Part shown: one piece after another, positions 37,814-46,748 of the stretch
Numbering within the stretch: position 1 is the first letter of the stretch
Layout: every line of letters begins with the position of its first letter
Source of the DNA: Candidatus Omnitrophota bacterium
Lineage (GTDB): Bacteria; Omnitrophota; Gorgyraeia; JABMRG01
Assembly (NCBI GenBank): GCA_043823785.1
Contig: JBDRAM010000042.1
Span: 1,563-65,562 of the forward strand
Direction: 5' to 3'
Length of the DNA stretch: 64,000 bases
Translations under genes and position numbers: made by a program
The notes under the pieces: model-generated
Database searches by the model: none
Told to the model about the DNA's origin: nothing
What the model saw: the letters and a program-made list of their open reading frames with translations, nothing else

Positions 37814-39589
37814 ATGACCAAACACAAGAAATTACTCCGATGGGTAAAAGAGTGCCAGGATCTGTGTAAGCCGGATAGGGTAGTCTGGATAGATGGATCT
37901 GAAAAAGAGAAGGAGCGGCTTGAGAACGAAGCTGTATCAACAGGTGAGATAATACGCCTTAATAAGAAGAAGCTTCCGGGCTGTTTCCTGCATCGCACAG
38001 CCATTAATGATGTAGCGCGCACAGAAGGCTTGACCTTTATATGTACCCCGACAAAGAAACAGGCTGGCCCTACTAACAACTGGATGTTACCGCGCAAGGC
38101 ATACAAGAAAGCAGCTGAGCTATTCGCAGGCTCCATGAAGGGCCACACCATGTATGTAATACCGTTTTCAATGGGCCCTGTCGGCTCTGAATTCAGCAAA
38201 ATAGGTGTTGAGCTTACAGACAGCATATATGTTGTCTTAAATATGCGCATAATGACAAGGATAGGCAATGCTGTTTTAGATAAGCTTGGCTCTAACGGGG
38301 AATTTACTAAATGCCTTCATAGCAAAGCAGAGCTTGATATTAAGCGCCGCCTGATATTACATTTTCCGCATGATAATACGATATGGAGCGTAGGTTCAGG
38401 TTATGGCGGAAACGTTCTATTAGGAAAGAAGTGCCTTTCTCTTAGGGTAGCAAGTTATTTAGCCAGGAAAGAAGGCTGGATGGCAGAGCATATGCTTATC
38501 ATGGGTATAGAAGATTCGAGTGGCCACATAGAATATGCAGCCGCGGCTTTTCCCAGCGCTTGCGGTAAGACCAATCTTGCTATGTTGATACCTCCCAAAG
38601 GGCTTAAAAAGAAAGGTTACAAGATATGGACAGTTGGTGACGATATAGCCTGGATACGCGTTGATACGGATGGATCTCCATGGGCCATAAACCCTGAATG
38701 GGGATTTTTTGGTGTTGCCCCCGGAACAAACTCAAAGTCAAATCTAAGCGCTATGGAAACAGTAAGGAAAGATACGATATTTACAAATGTATTATTAAAA
38801 CCCGACAACACCGTATGGTGGGAGGATGGCGATGAGCCTGCTCCTGCAAAAGGCATAGACTGGAAGGGCCTTGCTTGGAAACCGGGCATGGTAGATGATG
38901 AAGGCAATCCCGTGAAAGGAGCTCATCCAAATAGCCGCTTTACAACTCCGGCCACGCAATGTCCCTCTATATCCTATAGACTAAGTCATCATCATGGCGT
39001 TCCAATATCCGCTTTTATCTTTGGCGGACGCAGAGCGCATGTAGCGCCGCTGGTCTATGAGGCATTCAGCTGGCAGCATGGAGTATATGTAGGCGCGACC
39101 ATGGCTTCTGAACGTACCGCGGCGCAATTTGGCAAACAGGGTGAAGTGCGCAGAGACCCTATGGCAATGCTTCCTTTCTGTGGGTATAATATGGCAGACT
39201 ATTTCAGGCATTGGCTTGACATAGGTAAGAAACTTAAAAAACCACCGAAGATATTTCACGTAAACTGGTTCAGGCAGGATAAGAACGGAAAATTCCTATG
39301 GCCCGGTTTTGGCGAAAATCTTCGAATACTAGAATGGATATTTAAACGGTGCAGCAATAAGGTAGGGGCTAAAAAAACACCTATAGGTTATGTACCTAAT
39401 CCTTCTGATGTAGATATGACAGGGCTTGAGATCAGCAAGCCCAAAGTAAGTGAGCTCTACTCTATTGACAGGAAGGAATGGAAGCGGGAACTAGAGGGGC
39501 AGAGAGAGTTTCTTAAGATATTTAAAGGTGACCTACCGCCTGAAATATTAAAGGAATACTCAGCCCTTAAGAGAAGATTCGGATTTTAA
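37814..39589 (+). CDS. pckG: Phosphoenolpyruvate carboxykinase (GTP)
   Basis: DVARTE, GSGYGGNVLLGKKC, AFPSACGKTNLAM, VGDDIAW, HPNSRF, DPMAMLPFCGYN. Confidence 0.97.
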   Translation: MTKHKKLLRWVKECQDLCKPDRVVWIDGSEKEKERLENEAVSTGEIIRLNKKKLPGCFLHRTAINDVARTEGLTFICTPTKKQAGPTNNWMLPRKAYKKAAELFAGSMKGHTMYVIPFSMGPVGSEFSKIGVELTDSIYVVLNMRIMTRIGNAVLDKLGSNGEFTKCLHSKAELDIKRRLILHFPHDNTIWSVGSGYGGNVLLGKKCLSLRVASYLARKEGWMAEHMLIMGIEDSSGHIEYAAAAFPSACGKTNLAMLIPPKGLKKKGYKIWTVGDDIAWIRVDTDGSPWAINPEWGFFGVAPGTNSKSNLSAMETVRKDTIFTNVLLKPDNTVWWEDGDEPAPAKGIDWKGLAWKPGMVDDEGNPVKGAHPNSRFTTPATQCPSISYRLSHHHGVPISAFIFGGRRAHVAPLVYEAFSWQHGVYVGATMASERTAAQFGKQGEVRRDPMAMLPFCGYNMADYFRHWLDIGKKLKKPPKIFHVNWFRQDKNGKFLWPGFGENLRILEWIFKRCSNKVGAKKTPIGYVPNPSDVDMTGLEISKPKVSELYSIDRKEWKRELEGQREFLKIFKGDLPPEILKEYSALKRRFGF

Positions 39590-39590
39590 A

Positions 39591-40064
39591 ATGTCTGTAC
39601 TTGATGTAAGAAAATATCCTGACAAAATATTATGTAAAAGAGCAAACGAAGTGCCGGTTGTCGATGCTGAGGTAAGAAGGCTGCTTGATGATATGGCTAT
39701 GACCATGTATGCTGTAAGCGGTGTAGGGTTGGCAGGGCCTCAGGTGGGTATTGACATGAGATTAATCGTTATAGACGTAGGTAAAGGGCTGCTAAAATTA
39801 GTAAATCCAAAGATAATAGCAAGCGAGGGTGAATCTGTCCTTGAGGAAGGCTGCCTGTCTATACCCGATGTTACCGTAAGGGTAAAAAGGGCAGCTAAGG
39901 TAAGGGTGAAGGCGTTAAATAATGAAGGAAAGGATGAATTGATAGAGGCCGAAGGCCTTTTAGCTCATGCTTTTCAGCAGGAGATAGACCATCTAGACGG
40001 GAAACTTATAATAGATTACCTGCCGTTTTACAAGAAGATATTTATTAAGAAAAGATTAAGCTGA
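39591..40064 (+). CDS. def: Peptide deformylase
   Basis: GVGLAGPQVG, EGCLSIP, QQEIDHLDG (first His of HEXXH replaced by Gln). Confidence 0.9.
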   Translation: MSVLDVRKYPDKILCKRANEVPVVDAEVRRLLDDMAMTMYAVSGVGLAGPQVGIDMRLIVIDVGKGLLKLVNPKIIASEGESVLEEGCLSIPDVTVRVKRAAKVRVKALNNEGKDELIEAEGLLAHAFQQEIDHLDGKLIIDYLPFYKKIFIKKRLS

Positions 40065-40092
40065 CAATAGGGGCAGGCCCTAATTTGTTGAT

Positions 40093-40132
40093 GAGGACAT
40101 ATTTTATAAAAATGGGATATGTCTCTTTTTTT
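40093..40132 (+). terminator. Possible intrinsic terminator
   Basis: GACATAT/ATATGTC stem followed by a T run. Confidence 0.4.
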
Positions 40133-40193
40133 GTAGAAGCCTTGACTGATATATGGTATATTATTTTATGTAGTTTTAGTATAAGGAAAGAAT

Positions 40194-41759
40194 ATGAAAA
40201 GATGCCCTAAATGTTCTGTAGAATTTTCCGATATGTGGAATGTCTGTGATGTATGCAAGAGCTTGCTTACAAAGGATGTCTCGGCCAAGAAAGCAGAGAT
40301 CGATTCCCTTGAGGATAAAGCCTATCTTTGCAAACCTATAGAAGATATAGTAGATCAGGCTGCTACACTTTTTCTGTATCTTAATAAGGACCTTAAGCTT
40401 CTGATGTGCAACAAGGCATTGGAAGCAATCACAGGCTATAGCAGGGAAGAGATATTTAAAGATGATTGGCTAAGGCTTCTTTTTAAGGATTATTCCTCAA
40501 GAAGGGAGATCTTTAAGGCAGTGGCAGCCAGCTGTTTAAGCAGTATAAAGTCCCGCACCTATCAAGGCGCTGTTACAAAAAAAGACGGAAGCGAGTGTGT
40601 TCTTTCGTGGAGAAACACAGCTGTTGTTGATGGGGCAGGTGAGGTTTTGGGTATAATATGTACTGCGCAGGATATCACAGATTCAAAACATTCTGAAGAT
40701 AATCTTGCCGCGCAATCCGAACGTTTGAGAAATATATTTACCAGCATAAGAGACTATGCTCTGATAACAACTAATCTGGATGACAAGATAACCTATTATG
40801 GGAGGAGCTCCGCAGGCCTTTTTGGATGGAGTGAGGATGCCACCTTGATGGATATATCTATATTGTTTCCAGAGGATGACAGAGACAGTGCAAAAGTTAG
40901 GATAAGACAATCTATAGATGAGATAGGCCGGTTTGAGGAAGAGGTAGAGCTTTTAAGCAGCGGGGATAGGTTGTTTCCGGCAATGCTAACGGCGAACGCT
41001 CTGCTTGATAAAGAGAATAACAGGGCAGGTTACGTATATATAGCCAGGGATATAACACAGAGAAAAAAGCTCGAGAGCCAGATAATACAGAGTGAGAAGC
41101 TGGCAGCCATAGGACAACTTGCGGCAGGCGTTGCCCACGAAATGAACAATCCATTGCTGGTAATCCTTGGCAGGCTGGATATGCTTTCTATGGAGGATGA
41201 GAAGATATCTCCGGAGATCAAGCATACTGTTGAGATAATAAAGACGCAGTCGATACGTATGAGAGATATAGTTGATAGGCTTCTTACCTATTCAAGGCCA
41301 AAGGCATCTCATATGATATATTTGGATATACAAGAAATCTTAAAAACAGTCGCCCCTTTAGTAGCTTACCATCCTGTATTTAAAAAGATAGCGTGGAAGG
41401 AAGAGCTGCCCCAGGACTTGCCAAAAGTTAAAGGCGATTTTACCCAGCTTCAGGAACTATTTTTTAATATTGCTATAAACGCGTGCCAGGCTACTCCTGA
41501 AGGCGGGAAGGTGACAGTGTCAACGAAAGATACCAAAGACGGATTCATTGAGATAGTGGTTCGGGATACAGGAAAAGGAATAAAGAAGGAGGATCTCAAT
41601 AAGTTATTTACTCCGTTTTTTACTACCAGGGATAACGGAACGGGATTGGGCCTGGCAATATGCCAGAACATAGTTAATGCCCACGGAGGAAAGATAGAAG
41701 TTGAAAGTGAATTTGGCAGGGGGAGTATTTTTAAGATAAGGTTACCTGCTAAAAAATAG
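40194..41759 (+). CDS. Soluble histidine kinase: zinc ribbon + 2 PAS + HisKA/HATPase
   Basis: CPKC..CDVC; two PAS/PAC ending DIT; AHEMNNPL; DTGKG, PFFTT, GTGLGL. Confidence 0.92.
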   Translation: MKRCPKCSVEFSDMWNVCDVCKSLLTKDVSAKKAEIDSLEDKAYLCKPIEDIVDQAATLFLYLNKDLKLLMCNKALEAITGYSREEIFKDDWLRLLFKDYSSRREIFKAVAASCLSSIKSRTYQGAVTKKDGSECVLSWRNTAVVDGAGEVLGIICTAQDITDSKHSEDNLAAQSERLRNIFTSIRDYALITTNLDDKITYYGRSSAGLFGWSEDATLMDISILFPEDDRDSAKVRIRQSIDEIGRFEEEVELLSSGDRLFPAMLTANALLDKENNRAGYVYIARDITQRKKLESQIIQSEKLAAIGQLAAGVAHEMNNPLLVILGRLDMLSMEDEKISPEIKHTVEIIKTQSIRMRDIVDRLLTYSRPKASHMIYLDIQEILKTVAPLVAYHPVFKKIAWKEELPQDLPKVKGDFTQLQELFFNIAINACQATPEGGKVTVSTKDTKDGFIEIVVRDTGKGIKKEDLNKLFTPFFTTRDNGTGLGLAICQNIVNAHGGKIEVESEFGRGSIFKIRLPAKK

Positions 41760-41906
41760 ATGCCCTATAAGCATAAAGAAAAGGGCATCTGATTGCAAAG
41801 ATTAAAAAAGAAGATTACAGCGATTGATGCTTTAATCTCTGTAATCTAAATTAATCACTGTCATTAGGTATAATCAGAGATTATACCTAATGATTATACC
41901 AAGGAG
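41758..41906. repeat. ~150-bp structured GATT/AATC element ending in an RBS
   Basis: Homologous along its length to 62585-62732. Confidence 0.8.
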
Positions 41907-41912
41907 TAAGCC

Positions 41913-42305
41913 ATGGATAATAAAACAAAGGTATTAATAGTAGATGATGACCACGATGTATTGGAGCTCCTGAAAGACTTATTTACAAAAAAGGGTTATG
42001 AGGTAGAATGTGTTAACAGCGGGTTGGAGGCCTTGGATTTCACTGATAAGGCGAGCGTAGATGCGATACTGCTGGATATAAAGATGCCGGAACTCGATGG
42101 TATTGAAACGCTCGGAAGGCTCAAGAAGAAAAAACCTGAATTGCCCGTAGTCATACTAACAGCTTATGGTTATGATGACAATTTTATAAATAAGGCATTA
42201 GAGCTAGGTGCCGCCGGATACATAAGCAAAAACCTGCCGCTGAATCAGATAGTATACGCGTTTCAGACTCTCCTGGCCGCGGAGCAGAAAAAAAGGGAAG
42301 GATAA
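41913..42305 (+). CDS. Single-domain response regulator
   Basis: LIVDDD, LLDIKMPELDG, LTAYG, YISK. Confidence 0.93.
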   Translation: MDNKTKVLIVDDDHDVLELLKDLFTKKGYEVECVNSGLEALDFTDKASVDAILLDIKMPELDGIETLGRLKKKKPELPVVILTAYGYDDNFINKALELGAAGYISKNLPLNQIVYAFQTLLAAEQKKREG

Positions 42306-42344
42306 CCTTCCGGGAAACTCTCAGAAAAATAAGACCTAAATCGG

Positions 42345-42431
42345 GCCGAAGTGGCGGAACTGGCAGACGCGCTAGCTTCAGGAGCTAGTGGGAGCAATCT
42401 CATCGGGGTTCAAATCCCCGCTTCGGCACCA
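42345..42431 (+). tRNA. tRNA-Leu(CAG)
   Basis: GCCGAAG/CTTCGGC acceptor stem, CTAGC-TTCAGGA-GCTAG anticodon arm, long variable arm, GTTCAAA T-loop, encoded CCA. Confidence 0.96.
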
Positions 42432-42650
42432 CCCTTCGCCTTGCAGGTCATCCTTCGCCTATGGTTAGCAATTCATAGTAGCAGGCTACGGATGGCAGGT
42501 AGAGTTTCATAGCAGCTGGTTTACCCTCCGAAGCTTTAGCGCAGGAGGGCTTCGGGTGGCAGGCCATATACGAGTGGTACATGCCCTGAACCTGAGCAAC
42601 GAAGTGACGAATGGTTTAGGGCAAACTCTCAGGTACATGGCAGGCCACTT
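42432..42650. repeat. Cluster of nested REP-like palindromes after tRNA
   Basis: CCTTCGCC x2, CCCTCC..GGAGGG and TGCCCTGAACC..GGTTTAGGGCA hairpins, TGGCAGGCCA x2, GGTACATG x2. Confidence 0.6.
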
Positions 42651-42789
42651 CCCTCCTCATAAGGATCAACCACAAGTTTCTTAGCAGATTCCCGCGTAGT
42701 TTTTAGCCGATATTTTCTTAATATATAGAGCTTTGGGTAATTAGCGGATAAAGATACAGACATTTTGATTTTTGTCCGGGAAACCGTAA

Positions 42790-43536
42790 CCGACATCTAT
42801 AAGGAGACATATTCTCTGTCTTAATCCCGAGAAGTTCCTACAGGAGAGAAAAGATCGTTTTGAGAAGATAAAATCGATTAAGGTATATCTGGATAAGAAA
42901 AACAGAGGTTTGGCCCAGGCAAAAGGAAAAAGACACAGGGAGATATTAAGATATGAGCTTAAGAAGTATTTAGAGAGAAGATCCTCACAAAAGATCTTCA
43001 CATTTCGTCTTACCGCCAGAGGCAAGAGTTTCCACATAAATTATCGAGTTTCAGAAAGAGCTATTCAGGAGGCGGCCATACTGAATGGGCTATATGTTAT
43101 AATGAGCAGCGTAAAGGGTGTAAATGCTGAAACCTTAATCTCTGCTTATCAGAGCAGAATGGAAATAGAGAGAAGTTTTTATCAATTAAAAAGCTTTGTT
43201 GAAATTAGACCTATATACCACCATAATGAGGAACGCATAAGAGCCCATGTAAGCGTTTGTGTATTGGCATATCTGCTAAACAATACGGTTACACATCTAG
43301 TGAGGCAGAAAAAAGATTTTGATGATCTAACAGCGCAGTCGGTATATGGGTATCTCAGGAGTTGTAAGTTAGTCGAATTGAATGCGGGTGGTGAAAAACG
43401 ACTAAAGATCACATCGCCTACGAAAGAACAGATTCGACTTACAGAAATTCTATCGGATAAAGATCTTCTGAATGAGGAGAAGGTTCAAAAAGTTCTAAAG
43501 CAGCTATTAGTGCTAAAAAACACCCTTCATGAATAA
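42790..43536 (+). pseudogene. IS1634-family transposase, C-terminal remnant
   Basis: RRHILCLNPE upstream in frame; NGLYVI, AYQSRMEIERSFYQLKS, RPIYHHNEERIRAHVSVCVLAY; in-frame TAA at 42787, N-half missing. Confidence 0.8.
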
Positions 43537-43586
43537 ATCCCCTGACGAGTGTCTCTACACATAATCAAAAAAGTGGCGAGAAAGGC

Positions 43587-43615
43587 TTGACATGTAATAA
43601 GGAATATGATAAATT
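43587..43615 (+). promoter_or_regulatory. Sigma70-type promoter of minor-pilin cassette
   Basis: TTGACA-17 bp-TAAATT with extended TG. Confidence 0.6.
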
Positions 43616-43664
43616 AAATACTGGTAAGTATTGTTCAACAGAAATCAAAACCTTCCAAAACATT

Positions 43665-44150
43665 ATGAGACTATCTATTATCAAGACCTTTAAAAAGCGC
43701 TCTAATAACGGTTTTACTCTTATCGAAATACTGCTGGCAATAGGAATTGCAGCTTTTACCATTTGCGCTATACTCGCAACTTATATTTCGTGCTTCGCCC
43801 TTATTGAGACCGCTAAAAATATAAATATCGCGACAAACGCCGCATCCGGCCTAATGGAGGATATCCGCGCGACTCCTTTTAATGGAGTGAATAGTTTTAA
43901 CGGGGTTAATTTTATTGTAAATAATATACCTGCAAGCCGCGGCGTAGTAAGCATCGCGGATGTAACTCCAGCCGGCTGGCCGTCTGCGACTTTTCTTGAG
44001 GCAACAATAAGCGTCTGCTGGAACCAGCGCAACAGAATTATGGGTGAGGACGCGAATTTAAACGGAGCGCTTGATGCCGGCGAGGATGCCAACGGCAATG
44101 GGACAATAGATTCTCCCGTACAATTAACGACACGAATCGCGCAGAGATAA
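43665..44150 (+). CDS. Minor pilin (PilV-like)
   Basis: NNG|FTLIEILLA prepilin motif; tandem DxNxNG loops near C-terminus. Confidence 0.85.
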   Translation: MRLSIIKTFKKRSNNGFTLIEILLAIGIAAFTICAILATYISCFALIETAKNINIATNAASGLMEDIRATPFNGVNSFNGVNFIVNNIPASRGVVSIADVTPAGWPSATFLEATISVCWNQRNRIMGEDANLNGALDAGEDANGNGTIDSPVQLTTRIAQR

Positions 44151-44153
44151 GAT

Positions 44154-44693
44154 ATGAGGGGTTTCACGCTTCTAGAAATACTTATTACGGTAGCCATATT
44201 TACCATCTTGGTGCTTGGGGTATTCCAGCTGATGGAAGCCGGAAACAGGTTTTGGCTTGAAGGCGGGGCATCGGCTGAATTGCGTCAGGATATAATAAGG
44301 GCGCTTATGAGAATGGAGTCTGAACTCAAAGAAACACGGTCCATATCGCCTGCGCCACAAATTAACTTAGCAATCGGCGCCAGCAGTCCTGCTCTTACTT
44401 TTAACATACCTCAAGTCGATTCCGCGACCGGCACAATCTTAAACCCCATAGGCGCTGTAAACTGGTCAGCCCCTATTACGTATGCGCTTAATGCCAACAA
44501 TCAGATAACAAGAACAGATATCGGCACCGGAACCGTAACTATAATTGCAAACCACGTTAGCGGCCTGGTGTTTGCAAGGCTCGCAACCGATCCGTCTAAT
44601 ATCTTACGGATTAATATTACCGTAGGGAAAACCACTCTTACAAGAAGGCAGTTGCAGGATACGCAGCAGATTAGAATAAAAATGAGGAATTAA
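44154..44693 (+). CDS. Minor pilin (PilW-like)
   Basis: MRG|FTLLEILITVAI; C-terminal IKMRN. Confidence 0.88.
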   Translation: MRGFTLLEILITVAIFTILVLGVFQLMEAGNRFWLEGGASAELRQDIIRALMRMESELKETRSISPAPQINLAIGASSPALTFNIPQVDSATGTILNPIGAVNWSAPITYALNANNQITRTDIGTGTVTIIANHVSGLVFARLATDPSNILRINITVGKTTLTRRQLQDTQQIRIKMRN

Positions 44694-44716
44694 TTAAAGA
44701 GGGGAAAGGACTTAAG

Positions 44717-46039
44717 ATGTTTATAGGACTTAGAAACAAAAAGGGCTCAGCGCTTATAACCGTTTTTTTAGTCATAACTGTTTTGCTTGTCCTTTCCGCC
44801 GCATTCGTCAGCGTAGCCATCAGCCATAGTCGCGCCACTGAGAGATTTAAAAACCGAACCGTAGCATTTCAGACTGCTGAAGCAGGGCTTGACCATGCTT
44901 TCGCCTGGCTGCAATACCGGCCTGTTCCGCCTGCCGGTATCCTGGTCAATCCTTGGGAAGCCGCAGGTGCCCCTACTCTTATCGGAGGAGGCAATTACAC
45001 AGTTATTATTACCAAGCTCGTTTCCCCAACCGGCGATTCGTCTATTATCAGATACAGCTTGACTTCTTCCGGTTCATTTGCGGGCGCAACTCGAGTTTTG
45101 ACAAGCTATGTGCAGACATCCAGCTTTGCGCGCTACATCTGGTTTACCAATGGGGAAACGTATAACGGCACAGCGGTGTGGTTTTGGTCGCTGGATTACC
45201 TGGATGGCCTAGTGCATACCAACGGACATTTTAATATCTACAAAAATCCCGTCTTTGCAGGCGCGGTAAGTTCAGCTGATGACTACATAAGATATTACAA
45301 TAATGGGAATAATATAAATTTATCACAAACCTCTAATCCGCCGCATGACCTGCCTAATTTTCAGCAAGGTATCAATCTTGGAGCATATCCTATCGTTATG
45401 CCTAATAAGGCGACTAAGTTACGGAATGCCGCTGCCTGCGGAGGACTTACATTAACAGGAAATACAACAGTTGTACTCAAAGACGATGGCACTATGGATG
45501 TTACTAATGCAGATAATAATTGGAATAATACAAATAGGCCTTTGCCTGACAACGGCGCGCTCTTTGTAACCGGCGGCAACTTGACTATCGAAGGAACGCT
45601 TAGCGGCCAATTAACTGCCGGCGCCGAGAACGATATAATTATCAGTGACAATATAGTTTATGCTGATGATCCCCGGGCTAACGCGGCTTCAACCGATGTT
45701 ATGGGTATTGTTTCAGAAGGCGATGTCGTGATAGATGACAGCGCTTCAGGCCCAGGCGGCAATCTTGAGATAAATGCCTGCGTTATGGCATTAAATGATT
45801 CTTTTATGTTGGAGAGCTATTGGATAGGGCCTGCGCAGGGAACGCTGACTGTTTACGGAGGCATTATTCAGGAAGAGAGAGGTCCCATTGGCACTTTTAA
45901 TGCCAAGGCTAATACTCAGATCAGCGGTTACGCTAAAAACTATACGTATGATTTAAGATTGCTTGGTTTTCCGCCGCCTTTTATGCCCACTACGGGCGAT
46001 TATGATATATTAGCATGGGAGGATAATAATAAACTATGA
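44717..46039 (+). CDS. PilX-like minor pilin with large beta-rich C-terminal domain
   Basis: KKG|SALITV (no Glu5), AFQTAEAGL, GLVHTNG, GYAKNYTYDLRL..PPPFMP. Confidence 0.82.
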   Translation: MFIGLRNKKGSALITVFLVITVLLVLSAAFVSVAISHSRATERFKNRTVAFQTAEAGLDHAFAWLQYRPVPPAGILVNPWEAAGAPTLIGGGNYTVIITKLVSPTGDSSIIRYSLTSSGSFAGATRVLTSYVQTSSFARYIWFTNGETYNGTAVWFWSLDYLDGLVHTNGHFNIYKNPVFAGAVSSADDYIRYYNNGNNINLSQTSNPPHDLPNFQQGINLGAYPIVMPNKATKLRNAAACGGLTLTGNTTVVLKDDGTMDVTNADNNWNNTNRPLPDNGALFVTGGNLTIEGTLSGQLTAGAENDIIISDNIVYADDPRANAASTDVMGIVSEGDVVIDDSASGPGGNLEINACVMALNDSFMLESYWIGPAQGTLTVYGGIIQEERGPIGTFNAKANTQISGYAKNYTYDLRLLGFPPPFMPTTGDYDILAWEDNNKL

Positions 46040-46452
46040 AACCAATAATATTATACATATGTTTCGCCGGGCTAATAATTTTGATCTTGGTCAACATGTG
46101 GGCTGCTAAGGAGAGTAGAAAAAACCAGCTTGTTTTAGAGGAAAAGATAGAATCTTTGCAGATAGCGCCGCAGGCGCAAAAGACGTCCTTAGATTATGAT
46201 TATGAAACAGAAGTTCCCATTACCCCTGATGAAGGATCTGCCATTACCATAATCAAACAGCCAGAGCCCGTAAGATATGAATCAGATGAGATTCAAGAGT
46301 CAACCGTTTCATCTGACGTCAATTCTGCTGTTTCCCAGCAAGATGCGGAAGCCGCTGCTGACGAGTTTGATTCTGGCGTTGACGAAATCAACAAATATCC
46401 TTCCAAAACAGAGATCAAGGAGATGAAAGACCGCGGTGTCGTAGCGCTGTAA
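46036..46452 (+). CDS. Membrane-anchored acidic hypothetical protein
   Basis: N-terminal TM; ATGA-type junction with pilX-like gene. Confidence 0.65.
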   Translation: MKPIILYICFAGLIILILVNMWAAKESRKNQLVLEEKIESLQIAPQAQKTSLDYDYETEVPITPDEGSAITIIKQPEPVRYESDEIQESTVSSDVNSAVSQQDAEAAADEFDSGVDEINKYPSKTEIKEMKDRGVVAL

Positions 46453-46748
46453 TTTACATTAAGAAATATAAGGAAGCTCTATCAACTAATTCTTGCTGAG
46501 AAATTGCAAGAATTAATTCTTAGCCCAACCCGAGTTAAAACCCTCACCGCATTAGCTGGAAGCGAGCGGCCAAATGAGCGCCAAGCGAAGGCCTGCCTCC
46601 AGGGCCTTACAGTTTATCCCTCCATAATTACCATGCCCCCATCCCATAAATTTCTTGTATATAAAAGTTTTTTGTGGTAGTATTCTACAAAAGTATATAT
46701 AATATAATTGCGCGCAACTTTTTTATACAAGTTATATAAAGGGTTAAA

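Noticed and set aside
42610-42650. c-di-GMP-I riboswitch (GGGCAAAC seen)
   Set aside because: No GNRA-capped P2 or GACGCAAAGC; segment is the arm of a palindromic repeat
42432-43586. Intact IS1634 or integrative element at tRNA-Leu
   Set aside because: Transposase N-half missing, no convincing IR pair, no integrase or att duplicate seen
46520-46610. attC site or ncRNA (GCCCAAC; CTGGA..TCCAG stem)
   Set aside because: No properly placed complementary core site and no integrase; too weak to call
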